A stretch of 64,000 bases of DNA from Phyllobates terribilis (taxonomy: Eukaryota), in contig NW_027362971.1 of NCBI RefSeq assembly GCF_046119375.1, positions 2,108,001-2,172,000 of the forward strand. Reading direction: 5' to 3'. The position numbers and the translations under genes were made by a program. Below, piece after piece: positions 37,513 through 48,066 of this stretch (the stretch's first letter is position 1; every line of letters starts with the position of its first letter). A model generated the notes under the pieces. The model was not told where the DNA came from and did no database searches. It was given only the letters and a program-made list of their open reading frames with translations.

Positions 37513-39192
37513 TTCCCCCCGGAGTCGGCGGTCGCCCTCCCCCCCCCCCCCCCCCCGGAGTCGGCGGTCGGTCGCCCTCCCTCCCCATCCCCCCCCCCCC
37601 CGGAGTCGGCGGTCGCCCTCCCTCCCCATCCCCCCCCCCCCCCCCGGAGTCGGCGGTCGCCCTCCCTCCCCATCCCCCCCCTCCGGAGTCGGCGGTCGCC
37701 CTCCCTCTCCCCCCCCCCCCCCGGAGTCGGCGGTCGCCCTCCCTCTCCCCCCCCCCCCCCCGGAGTCGGCGGTCGCCCTCCCTCTCCCCCCCCCCCCCCC
37801 GGAGTCGGCGGTCGCCCTCCCTCTCCCCCCCCCCCCCCCGGAGTCGGCGGTCGCCCTCTCCCTCCCCCCCCCCCCCGGAGTCGGCGGTCGCCCTCCCTCC
37901 CCCCCCCCCCCCGGAGTCGGCGGTCGCCCTCCCTCCCCCCCCCCCCCCGGAGTCGGCGGTCGCCCTCCCTCCCTCCCCCCCCCCCCCCCGGAGTCGGCGG
38001 TCGCCCTCCCTCCCCCCCCCCCCCCCGGAGTCGGCGGTCGCCCTCCCTCCCTCCCCCCCCCCCCCGGAGTCGGCGGTCGCCCTCCCTCCCTCCCTCCCCC
38101 CCCCCCCCGGAGTCGGCGGTCGCCCTCCCTCCCTCCCTCCCCCCCCGGAGTCGGCGGTCGCCCTCCCTCCCCCCCCCCCCCGGAGTCGGCGGTCGCCCTC
38201 CCTCCCTCCCTCCCCCCCCCCCGGAGTCGGCGGTCGCCCTCCCTCCCCCCCCCCCCCCCCCCGGAGTCGGCGGTCGCCCTCCCTCCCTCCCTCCCCCCCC
38301 CCCCCCCGGAGTCGGCGGTCGCCCTCCCTCCCTCCCTCCCTCCCCCCCCCCCGGAGTCGGCGGTCTCCCTCCCTCCCCCCCCCCGGAGTCGGCGGTCGCC
38401 CTCCCTCCCTCCCCCCCCCGGAGTCGGCGGTCGCCCTCCCTCCCTCCCCCCCCCCCCCGGAGTCGGCGGTCGCCCTCCCTCCCTCCCTCCCCCCCCGGAG
38501 TCGGCGGTCGCCCTCCCTCCCTCCCTCCCCCCCCCCCCCCCGGAGTCGGCGGTCGCCCTCCCTCCCTCCCTCCCTCCCTCCCCCCCCCCCTCCCTCCCTC
38601 CCCCCCCCCCCCCCCCGGAGTCGGCGGTCGCCCTCCCTCCCTCCCTCCCCCCCCCCCCCCCCGGAGTCGGCGGTCGCCCTCCCTCCCTCCCTCCCTCCCC
38701 CCCCCCCCCCCCGGAGTCGGCGGTCGCCCTCCCTCCCTCCCTCCCTCCCTCCCTCCCCCCCCCCCGGAGTCGGCGGTCGCCCTCCCTCCCTCCCTCCCTC
38801 CCTCCCTCCCCCCCCCCCGGAGTCGGCGGTCGCCCTCCCTCCCTCCCCCCCCCCCCCCCCTGGAGTCGGCGGTCGCCCTCCCTCCCCCCCTGCCTGGAGT
38901 CGGCGGTCGCCCTCCCTCCCCCCCCCCCCCCCCCAGAGTCGGCGGTCGCCCTCCCTCCCCCCCCCCCCCAGAGTCGGCGGTCGCCCTCCCTCCCCCCCCC
39001 CCCCCCAGAGTCGGCGGTCGCCCTCCCTCCCCCCCCCCCCCCGGAGTCGGCGGTCGCCCTCCCTCCCCCCCCGGAGTCGGCGGTCACCCTCCCCCCCCCC
39101 CCCCCCCCCCCCGGAGTCGGCGGTCACCCTCCCTCCCCCCCCCCCCCCCCGGAGTCGGCGGTCGCCCTCCCTCCCCCCCCGGAGTCGGCGGT
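37513..39192 (-). repeat. Extremely G/C-skewed VNTR, ~40 units of GGGAGGGCGACCGCCGACTCCGG(G)n
   Basis: Invariant core GGAGTCGGCGGTCGCCCT on +, separated by variable (CCCT)n and poly-C runs. Confidence 0.95.
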
Positions 39193-41562
39193 CGGCCAAA
39201 GCATTCCCTACTGCTAGGGGAGTTTGTTCCCGAGTGTGTGCGGACACTTTGACTATGGCTGCCCTTCGGGGAAGGGTGAGTGCTGTGAGTAGCTGCTCTA
39301 CCGCTTGCGCATTCCTTATAGGTTTGCCAGCAGAGGTCAAGAAATAATGGCTTCGCCAAATGGCGCCAACGTCATGTGCAACACCATAAGCGTATTGCGA
39401 GTCAGAAAATACATTAATTTCTTTACCTTTTCCCAGATTACACGCTGCAGCGAGTGCTTTAAGCTCTGCCTCTTGCCCAGAGCAGCTGGAGGGGAGTGGT
39501 TCTTGTATCACTGCCTTACCATTGTGGACTACTGCATACCCGGTGATGAATCATCCTTGTTCACTGTCCCAAGCTCTGGAACCATCTACAAAATACTCAG
39601 CAGAGGGGTTAATGAGTGGTACATCATCAGTAATATTTGCCAAGCTCTTTATTTCAGCTTCCATCAATGCCTGACAGTCATGTTCATGTGCCATATCAAA
39701 CTGAGCTTCCTCATCTGCTAATTTGAAAAACAGGGGCAAATCTTGGCTCATGGTCTCTCCCTTTTCCCCATCCTGATACTTTCCTCTCTTTTCTAAATCC
39801 ACTGGTGGTAGTGTAGCTGGATTTAGAACATTACAGCGTTTGATAGTTATAAGGGGAGGTGTAAGGAGTAAGACTTCATATTTTGTCAACCTATGTCCTC
39901 TGTCTTTTTAACAAGTTCTGAAGCAGCTGACACAGCTCTAACACAAGTAGGAGAACCCATAATGACTGGATCAAGGGTTACAGAGTAATATCCTAGAGGG
40001 CGCTGCCTACCACCATGTTCTTGGGTAAGGACACCAGATGCATGTCCAGCCTGTTCGTGGCAGTACAAAGTAAAAAACTTGTCAGAATTCGGTATACCTA
40101 GAGCTGGTGAGGTAGAAAGTGAGCTTGAGCAAGTGAAATGCATCAATAGCCTCAGAATTAATGGTGAAAGGCTCAGTTTTGAGGCACTGAAACAATGGGG
40201 CTATAATACTAGAGGCATTTCGTATCCAGAGACGGCAGTACTGGACTAGGCCCAAGAATGCCAGAAGGGACTTGGTAGATCTTTGAAGGGGTATTTTTAG
40301 TATAGCCTCAATCCTCCCTGGGCTGAGATGCTTAATGCCTGGAGACAGGCAATGCCCAAGGAAAGTGACTGTGGACTTGCACAATTGGAGTTTATCTTTT
40401 GAAGCTTTGTACCCATTTTCTGCTAAGAATATCAGCAGAGATTGAGATTCATTGTGGCATATCTGGTCAGTGGTGCAGCAAAGGAGAAGGTCATCCACAT
40501 ATTGTAAGAGTATGGTGGATGAATCAAAGGGGCACCAGTTATAGAGTACAGTCTTTAGGGATATGGAAAATAAAGAAGGGGAGTTAGCAGCTCCCTGAGG
40601 AAGGACTGCCCATGCATACTGGGCACCTCTGTGGGTGAAGGCAAAATAAGAGGTACACTCCGTGGACAAGAAGACAGAGAAAAAAGCATTGGCCAGATCA
40701 ATCACTGTGAAACAGGTGGCTGTGGAGGGGACCTGATTCAGGAGAGTATGGGGGTTAGGTACAAGTGGAGTATCCACTATAGTTACTGGATTAACTGCGC
40801 TAAGATCATGTACCATACGATAGGCTACTGGCTGTCCAGGTAGGGTTTTCTTTTTGACTGGGTACAGGGGAGTGTTAAATGGGGAGGTTATAGGAATAAC
40901 TAGACCTCTTAACAAAAGCTTATGGACATTCTCGTGTATTGCTGCATCCTGAGCAGCACTTAAAGGATACTGCTTTATACAGGGGGGTTGGGCACCTGGT
41001 TTAAGTTTTACAGTCACCGGAGGGATGGGTAGTTTTCCCACATCAAGTTTGCTAAATGCCCACAATTGACTGGGTATATCCTCAAGCCAAACAGGATGGG
41101 AATGAGGTTTAGAGTCTGTATTGTTTAGAACTGTGGGAATTGTTAGGGATAGAAGACTACACAATGTGTCATCATCCAAGGGGGTGGTCATCTTGGGGCC
41201 ATTTAGAGTGAATTCTATGCAGGCCCCAATTTTCTGCAACACATCTGTTCCTAACAAATTAAAAGGCACATCAGGGGAAACTAAAACCTGGGTTACAATT
41301 GAAATCGAGTCATGCAAATTTATCTGGAGAGGATGAGTCATTTGTAATTTAGTAAGTCGTCCCTCTACCCCTTCACAAGCCACATTGTCGGGGGGGACAA
41401 AATGTCCTCTGGAACATGTTCTTGCATTAATACTGTACGGGCTGCTCCAGTGTCTACCATGAATGAAATAGTTAGTCCCTCCCTCAGGGACACGGGGACA
41501 GTGAATGTGGGTCCCTGGGGGGTGACAATGAGGCAGAAGGAGACCTCTGGATTGCCAGTTTC
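39186..41562 (-). pseudogene. ERV pro-pol (protease, RT, tether, RNase H), frameshifted and truncated before integrase
   Basis: FMVDTGAARTV (protease), PFNTPLYPVKK, PNPHTLL, DLANAFFS, LPQG and YVDDLLL (RT). RNase H motifs FVDGS, AELKA, FSDSQY and GNALAD. Class I, epsilon/gamma-like by motif. Confidence 0.92.
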
Positions 41563-42886
41563 CTATGGATGGGGCTGGGCAGTGGCTGTTGATTTTGCAG
41601 GACATTTGATGGATAGGTGTCCTTTTTGCTGGCAAGACCAACATTCTACATTGCTGTAATCTCTATTTCCTCCTTGGTGGTTACTTCCTCCTCTCCCTCC
41701 CCATCTTCCCTTCCTGGGTTGCACAGGAGCCAAGTTAACCCTTTTCTTTGACATGCTTTCTAGTTCAGCACCTCGGGCTATTTCCTTTAAATCAACACAT
41801 TGCATATTGCGCCACTCTAGGCGACTAGCGTGTACTGCACTCTTAACCTTAGGTTTAAGACCATTCATAAAACACTGCAACAATAATCTGTGATCCTTAT
41901 CATCATTATGCTCATATCCAAAATCCAACCATGTTTGTTCTAATACAGAGGCATATTCTGAGACTGACTGAGCCTTATCCTGTACTACAGTTTGTAACAG
42001 GTCTTGTTTTTTATCCTGCTCTGCCCGTGCCCAGTTTTGCATCCTTTGTATAAACACCCGACCCGACTCTGATGTATTTTTAATGGCTGGTTCCTGGCCT
42101 GGCAGCATCTGAGTAATTTCCATAGGTAAGGGGTCACTGCATTTCTGCAGAATGACAGAAACTAGATCATCCCATGTGGCCCGATATGCCTCCTGAACAC
42201 CCTGGAGGTGCATTCTAAATGCTAAGTTTTTTTTTTCGGGTATCTGGGAGCTGTGTAGCGAGGGCAATAAGTTCACTGGGGGACCAAGGCCGATATGTTT
42301 CTATTGGCCATACTTGGGGGGGGATTGTGTACCTGAACATTATCAACCATCCTAGGAGGTTGAAACTGTACAGGACTAGTGGTCCTCATAGGGAACAGAG
42401 GCACCCTGGGTGTTGTCCCTGGGTGTGAAGACCCACAGGACCTGCAACAATTAACCCCAGGGGGATTCTGATGACCACAATGTCTGCAAGTCCATGCCAT
42501 TGACCCAGCATAAGGCGGGGGTGCAGAATTTACATCAGGTAGAGACTACAGGGGTTTGAGAGTATTTCAAACTATCATAGATTACATAGACAGTTCCATG
42601 CCTGGTTTCCTCTGATTTATGTTCACTCATTGAGAGACGTTTTGCTACTTCTAACCACATCCTAGCCTGCTCTAGTTTGTTTTTATCTTTCAACCATCCT
42701 TCCCAAGATATATTTCTCCCATTCCTTCTCCTCCAAATTTCCCCACTTTCCCATACCAAATTTCCTCAATATTATTTCACATCCCTCAACTGCTTCTTTC
42801 CCTTTCAGTCTCTACACTATCTCACATGCTGGAACTGGGGCCAGGCCCTTTAGGTTAGTCAATTCCTTACTGTTGCTGGTCCCCAT
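41563..42886 (-). pseudogene. ERV gag (MA - PPPY - RanBP2-type ZnF - CA - NC) with several frameshifts and stops
   Basis: ATG at 42886 gives MGTSNS (myristoylation motif MGxxxS). SAPPPY at 42527-42510. WTCRHCGHQNPPGVNCCRSC at 42494-42435. Capsid-like region with MHR-like CFMNGLKPKVK. One knuckle CWSCQQKGHLSIKC. Amber stop at 41565-41563. Confidence 0.88.
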
Positions 42887-43966
42887 GACTGCAACCACTG
42901 TGCCAGAGTTACCGCAGAACTCTCTTCAGCACACCTAGAGCCTATCAGACTCTAAATTTGATCCCGTCCCAGTCTCCTCTGATCCTCCAAGACGGATCTG
43001 ATCCTGTCCCAGTCTCCTCTGAGCCTCGAAAGACAGATCTTTAAGGAAGTACTAACACAGATTTTCCAGCCCTGTGAGCTAGGGAGATTCTTACACACAA
43101 CCAAACAAATAACAATACCAAGCCTACTGCTCCACCTACTATTGCAATTATTTCTGCATGATCATATAACATTTCCTAGTTCAAAGGTTTTCCTTCTACA
43201 CCTTGTAGAGGCACTGCGTGACAATTATATCTGCAATTGGTGTTACTTTTTATACTATATGTTTCCCAGTCTGGGTATACAGGCTAAGCAAGAACTTCAG
43301 CTACTATGATTTTCCCTCTCTTGAGCTTACACAAAAACAGAACACAGACACTGAGGACAACGATTCTGATTAATCAAAAATGACTTAACACTAAGTCAAT
43401 CATTCAATGCACACTGCACAATCGCTGATATTAATCCCCCTGCTGTACTCGGGCTAAAAACTGCATTCAGTTACCCCTTTCTTGAGGGTGCCCTTATCAA
43501 TTTACAGGGGAATTCAATACCCTCAGAGTACTACCTTACCGTGAAGGATTCCTCTGTTATAGGCAATCACACTTCCCTGATCCTCTTACAGACCGATTTT
43601 CCTCTCCACCACATGTGAAGGAACACACCTAACGGGATCCCTTATCAAGCAGAGACCGTAGTCCCTTATTGGTCAATCAAAAATCATTCAGTCCCATATT
43701 CAAGGATCCTCATAGTTTACAATATCATCCCAGACATTTATGACATAGACAAAACAAACAACATAAAACAATCCTCTGACTCCTGAAATATACAGAAGAA
43801 CTGCAGAGGTGCCTAATCCCGACACGCTGGGCAAGGTTGGTTACTCGTCACTTCATTCAATTATCATTCAACCGTCATTCAATTGTCAATCATACATCTA
43901 AAAACCACATTGAAACATATAAGACAACAAATTCAATCATTGGCAAGGGTTCAAAAATGATTGTCT

Positions 43967-44446
43967 TGTTACGACCACCAATTACCCGTCCTGGAGCCCT
44001 CTAGGTAGTACTGAATTAGTAAAATATACAAAAAATGCCATCTGTTGTATACAAGAAAAGGTGGGCAACCATCTGTTTTACAGATGCTTGTCCACATGCA
44101 TGCTGAAAATAAAGTATATTTATTCAGTAATGCACAATAAAAAACACATAAGAATTCAGACAAAGAGGTAGTCAGATAATAAAGTGCTTACAGGTCAGGT
44201 GAATATATATGATATGTTTATAATAAATCCATAGATTAATATAATTGCACGTTGCCCCACTCCAAAAAATAGAAAGTACAAAAGAGTGAGCTAGGATAGA
44301 AATCCCAAAATAAGCACGTGTATCATAGTCCCACTGGCTGCTGTATGGGTGAAGATGGGGGTAAAACACTCTTATTAGTATAAAAGCTCTGTGACCCACT
44401 CCACCCACTAGAAATCATGTTATCCTTGCGAGATAGTTACCTGACA
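43967..44446 (-). mobile_element. Putative ERV 5' LTR; inner boundary uncertain (43967 or ~43614)
   Basis: Minus strand TGTCAG... to ...GTCGTAACA, with TATAAA at 44222-44217 and AATAAA at 44124-44119. Leader splice donor CACG|GTAAGG at 43540/43539. No second LTR is available for confirmation. Confidence 0.45.
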
Positions 44447-45592
44447 AAAGAGCACAGCACGGGTAGAGGAAGAGAAATAATGGGGGTGAAAGCCCAATGC
44501 ACGTTTCGTGGCATCCCAGGCCGCTTTATCAAGGGCAAGGAGTCAAGGGCAAGGTGAGACCCACTCATTTGCATGGGTGAGTTTGATCCATGGCATGCCT
44601 TCGCTTGTTTTTTTTTCTTGGAGACACTTGTTCTGCATACAATATCATGGCCATATTAACAGACCACATAGATTATAATGCATATGCTTTCTGTGAAAAA
44701 CCAAAATAATACATGTGAAATATTGTCAGAATGAGGCCTTAGAAATAGGTGTCTACCTTTTATTTCCCAGAAACTACAGTCTTACCTGTGGGCTGTGCAT
44801 GGCATTGTAATTAGTGTTGAGCGATACCTTCCGATATCGGGAAATATCGGATCGGATTGGATCGGACCGATACCCAAAAAGTATCGGATATCGCCGATTC
44901 CGATACCGGAAACCAATGCAAGTCAATGGGACAGAAATATCGGAATAAAAATAAACCCTTTCTTTCCTTGTAGGTTAATTCTACATGAAGTAAAACAACT
45001 AAGAATAATGTAGAATGTATTAGGGGAGGTGGGGGAGACAATAAAGGCATAGAGGTTTAGCCCAATCAAATGGAATAGCAGGAATTAATATTTTTTTTAA
45101 GACGTTCTGAGTTACGGAAATATTGACTATGTTAAGTATTTTTATATTTTGTCAGATATTTATGTTTCACTACTTCCATGCTCTTCACCTTCTTTTTTAC
45201 TTCTCCCAGACTTTCTCCTTCATCATCCTCAGCATCAGCATCTTTTTCATCAACTTCTTCTTCACCTTCTTTATCTTCACCTTCTTCGTATTATTCTTTT
45301 TTTTTACATTCTTCATATTCTTCTTATTCAACTATTATTCTTCTTCATATTCTACTTCTTCATCTTCTTCATATTCTTCTTCTTCATCATATTCTTATCT
45401 GTGACAGGCATTCCTGTAGTTGTTATCTATAAAAGTTTGAACATTACACCTTTCGTTCTGCTTGTCACAAAAGATTTACAACAGGATTTGTCCGCGTTCA
45501 GTTTGGCCTGCAGCAGCAGGTCTTTTCCAGGGGCGCCACGAGGAGGAACGGACTCACCCTCATACACTGCTTAGTTATCTTCTGCTTATAAT

Positions 45593-46111
45593 TTAGATAT
45601 TATCTTTTGCTCTGATTTTTAGTCTAATGCTTAATGTTCTTCCGCTTTTTGTTCTGCAGCAGCTTTTTACTTCTGCTTCTTGGTTTTCTGTCTCTTGTTC
45701 TTCTGTATCTTGGTGGTTGTCTTCTTCTTCTTTGTCCTCTTGGTCAACTTCTTCAGGGTCATCTTCTTGGTCTTCTTCGGGGTGGTTTTCAGGGTCGTCG
45801 TCTTCGGGGTCCTCATGTTCAGGGTCGTCGTCTTCGGGGTCCTCGTCTTCTTTGGGGTGGTCTTCAGGGTCCTCGTGTTCAGGGTCGTCGTCTTCGGGGT
45901 CCTCGTCTTCTTCGGGGTCCTCGTCTTCTTCGGGTTGGTCTTCAGGGTCCTCGTCTTCAGGGTCCTCGTCTTTGGGGTCCTCGCCTTCTTCGGGTTGGTC
46001 TTCAGGGTCCTCGTCTTCGGGGTCCTCGCCTTCTTCGGGGTGGTCTTCAGGGTCCTCGTCTTCAGGGTCCTCGTCAGGGAGATCCAGAGTGATTACCAAG
46101 AACCATTTCAA
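45593..46111 (-). other. Acidic (EDP-repeat) open reading frame inside the hAT element
   Basis: 172-aa frame of EDEDPEDHPE-type repeats in multiples of 3 nt. No ATG start. Coding status unproven. Confidence 0.3.
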
Positions 46112-46149
46112 AAAGCTTGAACTTGGAAATGTAGCAGAAGGTACAATAA

Positions 46150-46460
46150 GGCTGAGGAACTATCGAGGACCAGCTGACGGTACTGGAACCCGGATGGGTA
46201 GTAGAAGGTACAAGAGCAAATGGAACTACCGAGGACTAGCTGACGGTACTGGAACCCGGATGGGTAGCAGAAGGTACAAGAGCCAATGGAACTACCGAAG
46301 ACCAGCTGATGGTACTGGAACTCGGTTACTAAGCAGGAGGTACCTGTGCCAGAAAGCACTACCAAGGACCAGCAGACGTTGGTGGAACTTGGATACCGAG
46401 AAGGAGGCACCTAAGCCAAAGGCACTGCCGAGAACCAGCTGACGGTACTGGAACCCGGAG
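46150..46460 (+). repeat. 66-bp tandem repeats inside the hAT element
   Basis: GGAACTACCGAGGACCAGCTGACGGTACTGGAACCCGGATGGGTAGCAGAAGGTACAAGAGC.. repeated about 3-4 times. Confidence 0.8.
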
Positions 46461-46769
46461 GGGTAGCAGAAGGTACCCATGTAAAAAAAAGTTTCAAGGC
46501 CGCGAGCCGGCCGCAGTTACCGAAACCCACAGTCCTACAGGGGGTGCTTGTCCTATTGGCACTATGGAACCAGCCTTCATTGCCCACATAGGAGTCACCT
46601 AAACTGCAGGCACCATAGAGTCGGCTAACCCGACCGCAACACGACAGGACAACGCATTGGAGGCAAAGTGAGGTTGACACTACCCGGAAACAGCTGGCGT
46701 GCTGGAACCAGGCTGGGCAGGAAGGAGTACCCGTGCCAAAGACACTGCTGGGAAACAGCTGGCGGTGCT

Positions 46770-48001
46770 GGAACCCAGGGTAAATACTAAAAACAGAGTG
46801 GAGCCAGAGGAATAATTGGAGCAACTTTAAAATCTGTAGTAGTGTGAATGTGGACAGAGCAGGAGAAATTGCCGGACACACAGCTGGGGATCAGCTGACG
46901 TTACTGAACCCCAATAACACTGGAGCAAGCGTTGACTGTGCAGACGGCACTTCTGAGCAGCAACTAGCGGTATTGGAGCCCAGGGTAAATACTAAAAACA
47001 GAGGAGCCAGAGGTGTAATTGGAGCAAGTTTTAAATCAGTAGTACAGTGGCTGTGGACAAAGCAGGAGAATTTGCCGGACACACAGCTGGGGATCAGCTG
47101 ACGTTACTGAACCCCAATAACACTGGAGCAAGCGTTGACTGTGCAGACGGCACTTCTGAGCAGCAACTAGCGGTATTGGAGCCCAGGGTAAATACTAAAA
47201 ACAGAGGAGCCAGAGGTGTAATTGGAGCAAGTTTTAAATCAGTAGTACAGTGGATGTGGACAAAGCAGGAGAATTTGCCGGACACACAGCTGGGGATCAG
47301 CTGACGTTACTGAACCCCAATAACACTGGAGCAAGCGTTGACTGTGCAGACGGCACTGCTGAGCAGCAACTAGCGGTATTGGAGCCCAGGGTAAATACTA
47401 AAAACAGAGGAGCCAGAGGTGTAATTGGAGCAACTTTAAAATCTGTAGTAGTGTGAATGAGGACAGAGCAGGAGAAATTGCCGTCCGCACAGCAGGGGAA
47501 CAGCTGACGTTACTGAACCCCAATAACACGGCAGCAAGTGTTGACTGTGCAGACGGCACTTCCGAGCGCCAACTGGCGGTGTTGGAGCTCAGGGATAATA
47601 CTGAAAACAGAGGAGCCAGAGGTGTAATTGGAGCAACTTTAAAATCTGTAGTAGTGTGAATGAGGACAGGGCAGGAGAAATTGCGGTCCGCACAGCAGGG
47701 GAACATCTGACGTTACTGAACCCTAATAACACGGCAGCAAGTGTTGACTGTGCAGACAGCACTTCCGAGCGCCAACTGGCGGTGTTGGAGCTCAGGGATA
47801 ATACTGAAAACAGAGGAGCCAGAGGTGTAATTGGAGCAACTTTAAAATCTGTAGTAGTGAGAATGAGGACAGAGCAGGAGAAACTGCCGTCCGCACAGCA
47901 GGGGAACAGCTGACGTTACTGAACCCCAATAACACGGCAGCAAGTGTTGACTGTGCAGACAGCACTTCTGAGCGCCAACTGGCGGTGTTGGAGCTCAGGG
48001 A
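46770..48001 (+). repeat. 203-bp tandem repeat, ~6 units, inside the hAT element
   Basis: Equivalent positions at 46844, 47047, 47250, 47453, 47656 and 47859. Confidence 0.92.
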
Positions 48002-48066
48002 TTACAGTTCAGGTGGTAGAAACATGAACACAACAGGAGACCTGGATACTGTTGCCAACCAATTAT

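Noticed and set aside
37430-39511. Very long Gly/Arg- and Pro-rich ORFs (693, 637 and 533 aa), one fused to RNase H
   Set aside because: The repeat unit cannot form stop codons in these frames, so openness is trivial. Only 39186-39511 is real (retroviral) coding sequence.
45123-46120. Plus-strand Phe/Leu/Val/Ser-rich membrane-like ORFs
   Set aside because: Antisense shadows of the GAA/GAC-rich minus-strand sequence.
46770-48001. Regular repeats as a CRISPR-like array
   Set aside because: Head-to-tail 203-bp units with no unique spacers, no cas genes, and a vertebrate context.
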